Below, in pieces: positions 12,894 to 24,234 of a stretch of DNA of 64,000 bases. Below the pieces are notes generated by a model, which ran no database searches, was not told the DNA's origin, and was given only the letters and a program-made list of their open reading frames with translations. Each line of letters begins with the position of its first letter. Within the stretch, counting starts at the first letter, position 1. Both the position numbers and the translations under genes were made by a program. Origin of the DNA: Adineta vaga (lineage: Eukaryota > Animalia > Rotifera); assembly GCA_021613535.1 (NCBI GenBank), contig CP075492.1:20274001-20338000 (forward strand), written 5' to 3'.

Positions 12894-14873
12894 CTACATT
12901 ACGACACCAATCACCGCGATCCTTCACTTGTGCTTCGATGTTATCCTTGTTGTTACCATTCTTATTCCTATTATTATTATTATATCATCATCATCATCGT
13001 TGTTATTGTTGTTGTTGTTGCAATGAAACCGACCGGCTGTATTCAATCTACTATCAGTATGAATAATAAATAAGGATTTAACAAATCGTCGAACAAAATC
13101 AACTGCATCATTTGGTACTAAAGATTTAAATGGAATAGAAGAATGAATATATTACAATATCAACTACTTTGTGATACTTACAAACAGCAATCACAGCCAC
13201 ATTGAATAAATCGATGGATCCATTTAGTTTGACTTTTGTATCCGACAAGTTTTTAAAATATTGAAACTGTTCAATACGTTGACGAATTGAAAATGTATAA
13301 CCTGTTGGTAATGGTGGTATTTGTCGCATACAGGTTCGAACCTGTTCATCGGAACGAGTACTCTGTGTTTTCTGAATATCATAGCGATTGCGCGAACCAA
13401 TTGAAGTTGGATTGACATTATCATGTAGAATTAAATGTTTAGGTAAAACATAATTGCGATCGTGTTGCATTGCTTCGTTGATAGTCACTGGAATAAAACG
13501 CCAATAACTTGGATTATATTGTAGAAATAATTGAATAGTCCATGGACATCGAGCAGCATGTTTATATAGAGACATACGATCTTTTCGAATTGATCTATTG
13601 GACAAAAGTTGATGGTTGAGCAAATTTGTCTCTTAAACAAAAAAAAACTATTCTATATATGACTTACTCAGAATCTTTCTCTCCCATTCTGGTGAGTTTA
13701 ACATTTTCTTCACCAATTAAAAATTCATGTATAATTCGATTGAAATGTTGACGATGATCTTTGAGAGAGAGAGACAGAGATTAAATAATAAAATAGCTGA
13801 TAACTTACAACGTAAACAATCGCCTAATTTATGACTTGTTTCACCAATATATTCAACGTTATTACAAGGACAAGTCATGACATAGATAATGTTTTGTGTT
13901 TCACAATCAGCTGGACAATTAAGAATAGCTTCATAACCATTGGCAAAGCGGAACTTTTGACTTGGACCATAACGAATGTTTGATTGTTGGTGACGATCTG
14001 AATTCATCAGTGGTACACATAGTGGACACTTATTGCAAGGAACTAATCCATATCGAACATCTGGTTCATCAATACAGTAGAGACCTTCATCTGTCGATCG
14101 TGGATTAGCAGAACGAAATGAACATGTTTTCATAAAAAAAAGATCAACTACAAACAAATAAAAAAAAGGCTAATATAATACAGAAGAAAACTTATTCTTT
14201 TACCATCAATCTGTAAATAGAATTCGAATGCATACAGTTTTTGTTTGGTTGAAAGTTCAAGATTTTCAGGAGAACATCGATGATGATAATAACAGTATTC
14301 ATTAGTAAACATATTATAACAGTTTTTGAAACGAGCCAAATTATGATCCAATACTGATTCATCAACATTGTATTTGTTAATTAAATTATTCATTATTTGG
14401 CGATAACCATCAACAAAGTAGGATGCAATATCAGAACATTCTGGTTTAATAGTATATACCAGTGGATAGCGACCTGATTGACGAGATGACACTTGTTTCC
14501 GATTGAGTTTATGTCCTCAATATTCAATATATATATATATATATATATTTCGAAAAGAAGAAAACATACTTGGTACATTAGCCAATAATAAGGGTGGTCG
14601 ATCATCAAAAAATGGAGATGGAAATGCTGGTAAAATACGATATCGATCACTAGATCCTTGTAATGTATGTGGTAGATACGGTGTCGGTGCCAATACAAAA
14701 TTTGGTGATGGTGATCGAAGTGGTAATTCATCTATGACAATTGATACGCCCATTGGATCGGTAATCAAAGACGTCGTAACTGATGGTGATGAAGTTCGAT
14801 TATTGACTGGCAAGTCATTCTCCTCTGCATCTTGAAGAGATTGTTCAAAGCTTAATGATCGACGAGAAAACAT
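12894..14873 (-). CDS. GIY-YIG-like endonuclease paralog 1, Cys-rich, multi-exon
   Basis: CNKCPLC...CETQNIIYVMTCPCNNVEYIGETS; last exon RRFVKSLFIIHTDSRLNTAG. Confidence 0.8.
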
Positions 14874-15039
14874 GTGTGTTAATCTAGAATAGATGAAATA
14901 TGAAGAACTTCTTCTTTCTCAAAAACAAAATTAAAATATGCATAATTTTTGTAAATGATTAAATAGTTCAATAAAATAAGAAAACTGAAAAGAAAAAAAA
15001 AAGCAGAGAACGAAAGTTTGATTAAAGTTATATGAATAA

Positions 15040-17065
15040 TTATGGTAATCGCCGATGGAAAACGTGAGCACACCATGTATTGCGTAGAGCTACATTGGGA
15101 TCACGTTTATCATAGACCAGATTTCCAATTTGATTCAATTTGCATTCAGCATGGGTGACAAATAATGATTCAATGAAGAAACGAAATAATTCAGATGATT
15201 GATCAGGTACTAGTAGTAAAGAATAGAATTGAAATAGAGATGAATGTGAAGAAGAAAGAATTCTATGTTATGCTTACAAACAGCAACAATATCTGCATTG
15301 TAAAGATCAGGATTTTCACTTGGTACAATACGATCTTTAGCACATTTGAAAAATTGTGCTTGTTGTTGACGTTGTTGCATTGAAAATGTAAAGCCAATTG
15401 GTGGTTTTGGTACATTTTCAATTAAAAAATGAACTTCTTCAGCATCTCGAGCCCATACAGGTTGTTCAGTTACCGATGACCATGTTTCATTTTCACTTGT
15501 TCGACGAAATGGTGAACGTCGATATTCGGCATTGACCAAATTAATTCCCATGAGTCGTATCGGTACAAAACACCAATAATCAGGATTTTCATCGAGGAAT
15601 AATTGCATAGCGGTTGAACAACGTGTTGAATGTTGATAGAGCCATGATTGATCATTAGCACGTTTTCTATAATAGGAATAGATGTGATTTACTTATAGTT
15701 GTTTCGGAGAAAAAGAAGAAGAAGTTCGTACTCAGTAGATTTATGACCATTTGTAAGATGTTCAATATTGATTTCACCAATGAGAAATTCTCGAATAATT
15801 CGGTTACCTTCGTCTCGATGATCTACAATCAAAGAATACGATAATCTTGAAGATAATAATGTCCTGAGAAGAAAAGAGAGAGAGAGATATGAATTATAAC
15901 TAACATGCTAATGTTGTACTAAATGGTAATGCTGTTTGACCAACAAAATCAAATTGATCACATGGACAAGTTAAGGTATAGATGCAATTTGTTGTTTCAC
16001 ATGTTGCTGGACAATTTAGAATAGCTTCATAACTATTGACAAATCGATGAATATGTGGATTCGAAAAAGGAATAATTATGTTTTGTTCTGGATTCGTTGC
16101 AAAACGACGTGGACATGTTGGATGACAACATAGACAATAGCGTTTATTGCATGGTGTAATAGCAAATCGTGCTTCTGGATCAATACCACAGAAGAGACCT
16201 TCATGAAAACGATTAAACAAAATACGTGGTTCAACATTATTAAATGAACATGTCTTGAGAAAGAACATATCAACTAGAAATAAGCATATGAAATAATCTC
16301 ATCTAGGATAACTATTTTATTACTTACCATCAGTTTGTAAATAGAATTCCAATGCTAACGACATTTCATTGAAACTTAACATAGTTGGACCATAACCACG
16401 TTGTATAGTAACTTTTTCAATACATTGTTGAAGCCGTTTTAAATTAAAATCAATAATTGACGTGTCGATTTTTAACCGTTTCCTTGTATTGACATACACA
16501 GTTCGATGGAAATCCCACATATATGAATTGTTAACACATGTTGAAAGAATATTTTGATTTGTATCAACTTGTGCATCCATTGTCAATTCGAATAGTGGAA
16601 GATATGTACCATGACGAATACGATGAAATTGTTCATCTGTTAATCGTTCGACTAGTCAAAATAGAATAGTATAGAATTAATTATGAAAATTCAAAATGAC
16701 TTACTCCAGACATTGGCTAGTAATAAATGAAGTGTTTCTATATTTGTCATCGTTGTTGCTGTAGATAATGCTGAAGATGATAGTGAAACTGGAGGAAAAA
16801 CTGGTAAAACTGATGCACGAGCCAGATTATGTTCACCAAGTGTACGTATTTGATATGGTTCAATGACAGTACCACTTGAATCATTATCATCAGCATCATT
16901 CGTATTCATAGGAGCTAACGTTGGCAAAGTTGGACTATTGCGTGCAGTTGCTGTTGGTGAAATAGGATTCATATGAGCCATATAGAGTTCTTCACTTTCC
17001 AAATACATTGCCAACAATTCATCATCTGCGATAGTAGCTGTTGTTGATGGCTGTTGTTGAGCCAT
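15040..17065 (-). CDS. GIY-YIG-like endonuclease paralog 2, multi-exon
   Basis: CETTNCIYTLTCPCDQFDFVGQT; same exon layout as paralog 1 (EFYLQ.DG|, NRII.EFLIGE, PP.G.TFS); last exon FFIESLFVTHAECKLNQIG. Confidence 0.8.
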
Positions 17066-17191
17066 AATTGTTTGATTCAATTACAAAATCTACAATTGTA
17101 AACAAAAATTAGAAAGAGAAAAGTTAATCAATTAAATTTAGATGAAAACTTTAAAATAAAAAGCATGCAATAGAAACGAAATGAAAAATCT

Positions 17192-19135
17192 CTATTGAAC
17201 TAAGAGAGTATTAGATGAATAGCAATGTTTAGTTGTAAGACGAATTCGTAGGCCTGATTTTTGAAAATTAGGATCTTGATTAAGAATTGTAGACCAAATA
17301 TGATAAAATTTCTGATTAAATTCATATCTTCTACCCCAATCATATAAATAATAGAATTCAATGGAACGATGTTTTTGTTGTCGTTGTTGTTTTTGTTCTT
17401 CTCCTAATGTATATTTTTGTTCATTGAAATATTGGAAGAGTTGAGTACGAAATGAATCGTATTGTGTTCGATTGAGATACAATGAATTTTGAGATGGATA
17501 GAATCGCTGAAGAAATTGTTGTTCAAGATATTCAATAAAATCCAATGAATAACCATTGGCAAGAAATGTTAATTCAATTTGTAGTCGTTCTTCTTGAAAA
17601 TCAGCTAGAAAAGAACAATAGTGAATAGCACGTGCAAGTGCAAATCGAAACCATTGCCGATGAGTAATTCTTGGATGTTTGCTTGCATATGGTAATAGAA
17701 AGAATTGTTTATGATTAATATCATGATAAACACATGTCATTAAACGTCCATTGACATTTTCAATATATGCATCAAGAAAATGTACATAACTACCACTTGA
17801 TTCTGTTAATTGTACATCTGGATGTTGTTCATTCAATTCAAGAATACATGTACTGAATGAGTCCGTTGAATTGTTCCATGTCAGAATACCTTTCTGATGA
17901 TATCGTCCATAGAATCCACGATTTAAACGAACAAGACGAACAAGTGGTAATTGCCAATATTGTAGATAAATATCGATTAATAATTCCATTAACGGTAAAT
18001 TCATTGGACCACCACGACTATAACGATAGATTTTTCCATTGTATGTAAAGATATTATTGGATAAAACTAATCGAACTAATTCCATAATGCGCTTAAATTT
18101 TGATTGATCTTGCGGCTTGGTATTCAGTTGATGATTTAAGAAACGTTCTAATGTATTGAGTAAATCTGTATGTGTTACTCTTGTTGATAAATCATGAATT
18201 TCATATGTAATAAACTGAGTATTTAATGTAAAAGAATCACTTTGTGAAGTAAACTGTTGTAATTTTTGTATAAAATCAATACCGTTGATTAATTTTGTTG
18301 ATTGAGCAAATTTCTCAAATAATGGCCGTAAAATTTGATCAAGATATATTGATAGTTTGTAGATAGGAGACTTGAGACATGATGAAAGTCTTGGCTTTAC
18401 TAACGTATTATCATCGGACGGTTGTGGTAAAAAATAAAGATATGATAATTTCATTTTTGATGAATCATTAATATGAAATTTTTCTAAATATTCCATCGAT
18501 ATAAGACGTTTCAATTCCAATTGATTCAAAGTCACATTGATTGCTTGTATAATTTTATTTAATTGTTGTTCTTCTGAATTAAATTCATCAATAGTATAGA
18601 TCACTTCATAACAATTCTGATTATTTTCCATATAATCCAAAGATTTCATTTGAAATTCAGTTTGATCACCAAGATAATATGTATTATAACCATCTGCAGT
18701 TCGTTTGAAGATTAGTTGATCTTTTTCAAGTTCAAATCGAATTGATTCCATTATTTGTTTTTCATAACGAATACGTTTTTCAAGTGTAACTGATATAGGT
18801 TGTTTAAATGATTTGATAAATTCGTTTTCAAGTCGTCGCCGAAAAGAACTTTGACGCATAAGATCAATAGAATATTTATTGAAAAATGCGGTTAATTGGC
18901 GACGAAGTGGCATAATTTGTTTGGTAAAAATTTGAGCAAGTGTAGAAGATGATGTTGATAAGAGACGTATTTGGCATGGTATGACGTAGGTTGGTCCACG
19001 ATTAAGAAATTGTAATTGTTCATAAGATAGATTATTTAATACATTTTGATACATAGTTGGTGGACATTTAACATTGGAGAAAAGGCTCCGACGATTCAAA
19101 TCGAGCTTTTGACCGTCGGAGCATTGACGAAAAAA
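17192..19135 (-). CDS. Athena RT-like ORF, catalytically dead (YHQK), reached by -1 frameshift
   Basis: RGPTY, RTAD, LYFLP, YEIHDL (motif A D to E), GGPMN, YGRYHQK (YIDD lost), FLD; 635 aa open. Confidence 0.85.
   Translation of the reverse strand, partial: FFRQCSDGQKLDLNRRSLFSNVKCPPTMYQNVLNNLSYEQLQFLNRGPTYVIPCQIRLLSTSSSTLAQIFTKQIMPLRRQLTAFFNKYSIDLMRQSSFRRRLENEFIKSFKQPISVTLEKRIRYEKQIMESIRFELEKDQLIFKRTADGYNTYYLGDQTEFQMKSLDYMENNQNCYEVIYTIDEFNSEEQQLNKIIQAINVTLNQLELKRLISMEYLEKFHINDSSKMKLSYLYFLPQPSDDNTLVKPRLSSCLKSPIYKLSIYLDQILRPLFEKFAQSTKLINGIDFIQKLQQFTSQSDSFTLNTQFITYEIHDLSTRVTHTDLLNTLERFLNHQLNTKPQDQSKFKRIMELVRLVLSNNIFTYNGKIYRYSRGGPMNLPLMELLIDIYLQYWQLPLVRLVRLNRGFYGRYHQKGILTWNNSTDSFSTCILELNEQHPDVQLTESSGSYVHFLDAYIENVNGRLMTCVYHDINHKQFFLLPYASKHPRITHRQWFRFALARAIHYCSFLADFQEERLQIELTFLANGYSLDFIEYLEQQFLQRFYPSQNSLYLNRTQYDSFRTQLFQYFNEQKYTLGEEQKQQRQQKHRSIEFYYLYDWGRRYEFNQKFYHIWSTILNQDPNFQKSGLRIRLTTKHCYSSNTLLVQ
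19085..19135 (-). promoter_or_regulatory. Programmed -1 ribosomal frameshift signal
   Basis: T TTT TTC (19135-19129), 6-nt spacer, GCTCCGACG/CGTCGGAGC stem; -1 frame reads FFRQCSDGQKLDLNRRSLF into the RT ORF. Confidence 0.85.
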
Positions 19136-20545
19136 CGTACTTTAAGATCATAAAGAGTTTGAAGACGTTCAGCAATATTTCGAAAACGTTGTTCCATAAC
19201 AAAACACATTCCATCAGTAAATCTGTCATTAGCTAAATAATTACGTTGTTGCTTTTCAAATTGTTTGTATTCTATATCAAATTTTTGTGTATATTCTTCC
19301 ATTTTAGCTTCAGCTGTTCGAATATATATCATTAACATATCAGCTTTCGTTCGTTGAAGAAGTTGTTCATAACCATAACTAATACGTCGTCGAACATCTT
19401 GATCTCGAACAGTTATTAATGTTGGTGGAGCTGGTATTCGAACAGAATTAAATAAATCAGAATAATATTGATTTGAAACACGTTGTTTTAATAGAGCAAG
19501 TTCTGTTTTTGCTGTTTCTTTATTTAATTTACTTTGAGAAAGATTTTCAAATATTTTAAGCTAGAATTAAGAAAAGAAAGAGATATCTAGTTAGTTGGAG
19601 AAAGAAAAGTATCGAACTTACTTGATCAGCATAGGGAATTTCACGATTAAAATCAGATACAAATAATGCATCATAATAATCATATTTAATTATTGCAATT
19701 TCATGTTCAATAATAATTTGTTGTAGACGAATGCCATATTCTTGAACATAATTTGTAATAGTTTCATCTATTTCCGAAGTAAAACGATGATTCAATTGTA
19801 TTTTGTTACCATTGAGTTGATGTGCAACAATTCGAGATTCTTTTTTGAGATAATGTAGTTTTTTTGTAACATAATCATTACATGTAACATAATTTATTTG
19901 TTCGATTTTAGTACTGTTATGTTGTGGATCAGCAAGTATCATTGATTTCAATTTTTTAGGCCAAATACACAGCGGACTTCGTGATGTTAACTGGAGTCGT
20001 CGAGACATGGTTATTTGCCAATCAGATGATTCATCATTCATTAATCCACCTGTACCTGAATCTAAATAAGTTTTCCAAAGTGAAATATGTAAATTAAGTA
20101 ATGCCAATTTATGTTCAAGATATGCAATTTGTTGTAAATCTTCAATGGTTAAATTACTTGTATTTGCTTGAAGATATGGTTGTATAGTTTCTTGAAATAC
20201 TTTATTATCATTTGATAGATAATCTGGCATTTCATCTGATACTGGTATTGGTTGAAGTAAATCATTTTTAAATTTTTTTATAACCGATTCTGGTGATGTT
20301 GGTGATAATAATGGACGTTTTGTTGTTGTTGTTGTTGTTGTTACCGGTTCATTTGAAGCTGATAATTGACTTAATTTTTGTGATAAACGTTGTTCAACAT
20401 CTGCTTTGTCACTATCATCATTATCAGTATCTTTACTAGGATTAGTAAAATATTGTAGGAAATCAATATCCACATCTTCGTTTTCATCCAAATCATCACC
20501 ATGTTCATGAAAGATATCATCGAAGTGTTTTAATTCACCTGACAT
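19096..20545 (-). CDS. Coiled-coil (Gag-position) ORF upstream of the frameshift, 2 exons
   Basis: ORFs 19556-20545 and 19096-19338 joined by an intron at ~19559-19620; ends RFFVNAPT. Confidence 0.8.
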
Positions 20546-20689
20546 CTCTTAGTTTCGATTTTGACAATCTGAAATAAAAAGAAAACGAGAGAATATGAAG
20601 AGAGGATGCAAAAAAGAATTTTAAGGAATGACAGATAATTTTCTTGATTAATAGTATATAAAATGATTGGCAAAAAAACATGCAAAGAA

Positions 20690-22710
20690 TTAAGCTTGAT
20701 TAATAAAATATTGTTGAACCAAAAGATTATATGATGAATAGCAATGTTTGGACTTTAAGACCATTTTTAAACTATTTCCTTTCACATTCGAATCTTGACC
20801 AATAATTTCAGACCAATGCTTATAGAATTGTGCATTGAATCGACAACGATTACCCCAATCATACAAATAATACAAGGAAATATATCGATGTTTTCGAATG
20901 AATTCTTTTTCTTCATTTCGAACAATTTTTTATTGTTGTATACTTCGAAGTAATTGCTGTCGAAGATTCATAAATTGATCTTGATTTGATGGAATAACTA
21001 TGCGATTGTTACTAGTATATCGTTGAAAAAATTGACGTAGATGATATTCAACAAAATCCAATGAATAGCCATTGGCAAGAAATGTTAATTCAATATATTG
21101 TCGTTCTTGTTGAAAATCTTCAAAACGAGTACAAAATTGACCAGCACGTGATAGAATGTAATGAAACCACTGCCGATGTGTTAATCGTGGATGATCAGAT
21201 GTATAAGGTAATAGAAATAATTGTTTCATTGGATCATGATAGACATGTGTATATAATTGACCATTTTGATTTTCGATATAAACATTGAAAAAATAAGCAC
21301 TTGTACCAGTCACTGTTTTCAGTTTGAGTTCATTTGGTAAAGAATTTTTCATTTTATTGATAACAAATTTCAATTTTTCTTTTGTACTATTCCAAGTAAA
21401 GAAGACCTTATTATGATAGCGTGCATAGAATTCTGTTCCAAGACGAATATCTCCAATTAATCGTACTTCCCAACGAAACATATAGATACTACCTAATACT
21501 TCGATTAATGATAAATTTAATGGACATCCTTGAAGATATTTATAAATTTTTTTTTCATAAATAAAATAATTATTTTCCAAAACAATCTTTATTAATTCGA
21601 TTAATGTATCAACTGTAAATTCAGGAAATCGATTCGTTGATGTTAAACTTGATAAGTAATCATTGACGCTCGATGTTAAACTTGAATGTGAAATATGAGA
21701 ATAAAGATCAAGAATTTCCATTGTTACAAATAATGTATTGGATTTAAAATGATCTCTTTGTTTACAATATAAATAAAATTTTTTTATAAAATCACCACCA
21801 TCAGCTACTGTTGTTGTTCGAGAACTATTTTCTATCATTGGTCGAAGATATTCATCAAGATATTTAGCAAAAGCATAGATTGGACTTTGACGACATGAAG
21901 AAAGTCTTGCTTGTAATGAAAACATATCACCATTCTATCAAAAAGAATAACGAACAAATCAGAAACGAATAATAATAAGAAAAATGATATTAATTGATCA
22001 ATTTCTGGTAGAAAATACATATATGGTAATTTGAAAGATATTTTTGTATCAATGAGAAATTTTTCATAAAATTGTTCTGAAAGCATTTTATCTTTGAATA
22101 ATTTTTCGAATTGAACATTGATTGATCGAACAATGTCATCAATTTGATTGGTATCACCTACCAGTTGATAACGTTTTGTATTTTGTATATAAGTATCAGC
22201 TAAATCATAGAAATCTTGTATTGAACCAAGATAATATGTATTATATTCATCAGCTGTACGTTGTAAGACTAATCGATCTTTTCGAAGTTGATTTTCGATA
22301 GATTCAATTAATTTTCGTTCATATAATGTACGTTTTTCAACAGATTCTGGTAATGGTACAGAAAATGATTCTATCATAGCTTTTTCAATTAATCGATTAA
22401 AATTCATTTGTCGTGACACATCAATTTGATATCTTGAATCTAATTTTGTTAATTGATTTCGTAAAGATGCCATTTGTCGAAGGACAATTTGATCTAACAT
22501 AGAATTAGCTGGAACTAAATGCATTTGACCTGGTGATACATAAGTTGGACCACGTTGTAGAAATTGTAATTGTTCATCAGTTAGACGATGTTTAGTACAT
22601 TGATACATTGTTGGAGAATAATATAAGGTAAGAGTTGATTTGTGATTAGAAATAGTGCTCCGACGGTGAATCAAATCTAATTCATAGCCGTCGGAGCTTT
22701 GACGAAAAAA
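20690..22710 (-). pseudogene. Second dead Athena RT-like ORF (YHNK), one intron, in-frame premature TAA at 20930
   Basis: RGPTY, RTAD, YFLP, MEILDLY, GCPLN, YARYHNK; C-terminal YYLYDWG...KHCYSS continues in frame after the stop. Confidence 0.8.
22657..22710 (-). promoter_or_regulatory. Programmed -1 ribosomal frameshift signal (second copy)
   Basis: T TTT TTC (22710-22704), 6-nt spacer, GCTCCGACGG/CCGTCGGAGC stem; -1 frame reads FFRQSSDGYELDLIHRRST. Confidence 0.85.
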
Positions 22711-22981
22711 CGTAATTGAATTTTGTAAATTGCTAAAATCCGTTGACTTTGATTTTTAAAATAACGTTCCATAATATTACACATGGTTTTTGTTAATTTT
22801 TTATGTGTAGGACCATGTATTTGATCACTATTGAATTTTGCCATATCATTATTAAATTTACTTTCATTTTCATTCATTTGTGCTTCCATTGTTGCTACTT
22901 GAACACTTGTTATATCCGAGACAGTTCGTTGTAAAATTTTATCATATCGTTCAATTAAACGTTGACGTATTGCTGGATTAG
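22677..22981 (-). pseudogene. Coiled-coil ORF, 5'-truncated by telomere addition
   Basis: Ends RFFVKAPT like the 19096 paralog; cut at 22982 by TCTTGAGGG. Confidence 0.8.
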
Positions 22982-23141
22982 TCTTGAGGGTGAGGGTGAG
23001 GGTGAGTTTAAAAGTAATATTTAAACGAGTTCAAAGTTAAACAACCATATCTTCTGTTCACAGATATCAAAGTATTTAGAACAAATGCAACCACAGTGAT
23101 ATGTCTAAGCAAGTACGAACAACTTGCAAAGAAAGATCATG

Positions 23142-23212
23142 AAATCAAAGCAGGACTCGAACCCACATCTTCCGATAAACGGTCGGCTGTTCTACCGTTA
23201 AACTATTTGATT
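23142..23212 (-). ncRNA. tRNA-like cloverleaf (pseudo-Asn, GTT)
   Basis: Reverse complement of 24005-24075. Confidence 0.8.
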
Positions 23213-23688
23213 TTCTCTCCAACTAAGATATTAGTTGCATATCGAACATCTGTTTAAATATCTAAGATAGTAGGACAATAAAGATATCGATTATTTAAAT
23301 GAACCCGTAGTGCTGCACGAGAACTTTATCCTAATACGAAGAACCTAATAAGAATCATCTGAAGCAGCACAACAGAACTCTCTATTCACAATATTCAAGG
23401 GATATCCGAAAGATAATCAAGAATATTAGAACATTAGAGTTACTACTTCAGCAGTATGAAACCCATAAGTTAATCATTAGGAAATATACGCAGCAAAGTG
23501 TTTTCAAAGAAAGGTGAGTTTAAAAGTAATATTTAAACGAGTTCTGGGTGTGTTTGAAAATAGGTATAAAAGGATCAATAGTTAGAAATCTTTCCATTTG
23601 TCCACGAATCTATGACTGTCAAGTCATTCAAAGGAAACCACAGCGATATGTTTTAACAAATACGAACAATTTGTTAAAGAAGATCACT

Positions 23689-23760
23689 AAATCAAAGCAG
23701 GACTCGAACCTACATCTTCCGATAACCGGTCGGCTATTCTACCAATTAAACTATTTGATA
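23689..23760 (-). ncRNA. tRNA-like cloverleaf, diverged copy (loop ccGGTta)
   Basis: tatcaaa ta gttt aattggta gaat a gccga ccggtta tcgga agat gtagg ttcgagt cctgc tttgatt. Confidence 0.75.
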
Positions 23761-24004
23761 TTCACTTCAGCTCATTAATAGCTACATATCAAGACTCTGA
23801 ATAAGCATGAACATAGATAGAACAGGACATTAATGGTCAAGTGATTATCTAAGATGATTCCTTATTGTTGCACGAGGACTAAAATGATCAAATCAAGTAT
23901 GTGGAAGTACGGGTTCATTTAAATAATCGACATCTTTATTGTTCTAGTATCTTATATATTTAAACAAATGTTCGATATGCAACTAATATCTTAGTTGGAG
24001 AGAA

Positions 24005-24075
24005 AATCAAATAGTTTAACGGTAGAACAGCCGACCGTTTATCGGAAGATGTGGGTTCGAGTCCTGCTTTGATTT
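24005..24075 (+). ncRNA. tRNA-like cloverleaf (pseudo-Asn, GTT)
   Basis: 7-bp acceptor aatcaaa/tttgatt, D arm gttt-aacggta-gaac, anticodon arm ccga-ccgttta-tcgg, T arm gtggg-ttcgagt-cctgc; A and B boxes present; C33 and U37 are non-canonical. Confidence 0.8.
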
Positions 24076-24234
24076 CATGATCTTTCTTTGCAAGTTGTTC
24101 GTACTTGCTTAGACATATCACTGTGGTTGCATTTGTTCTAAATACTTTGATATCTGTGAACAGAAGATATGGTTGTTTAACTTTGAACTCGTTTAAATAT
24201 TACTTTTAAACTCACCCTCACCCTCACCCTCAAG

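Larger units (their letters stand above)
3172..22981 (-). mobile_element. Terminon (giant Athena/Penelope-like retroelement), 5'-truncated, ~19.8 kb
   Basis: 3' end abuts the G-rich telomere tract through hammerhead repeats; co-oriented RT, coiled-coil and GIY-YIG ORFs; 5' end broken and capped by (TGAGGG)n. Confidence 0.9.

Noticed and set aside
24005-24075. Functional tRNA-Asn gene
   Set aside because: C33, U37, a mismatched top pair of the anticodon stem and a different anticodon in the paralog; listed as tRNA-like
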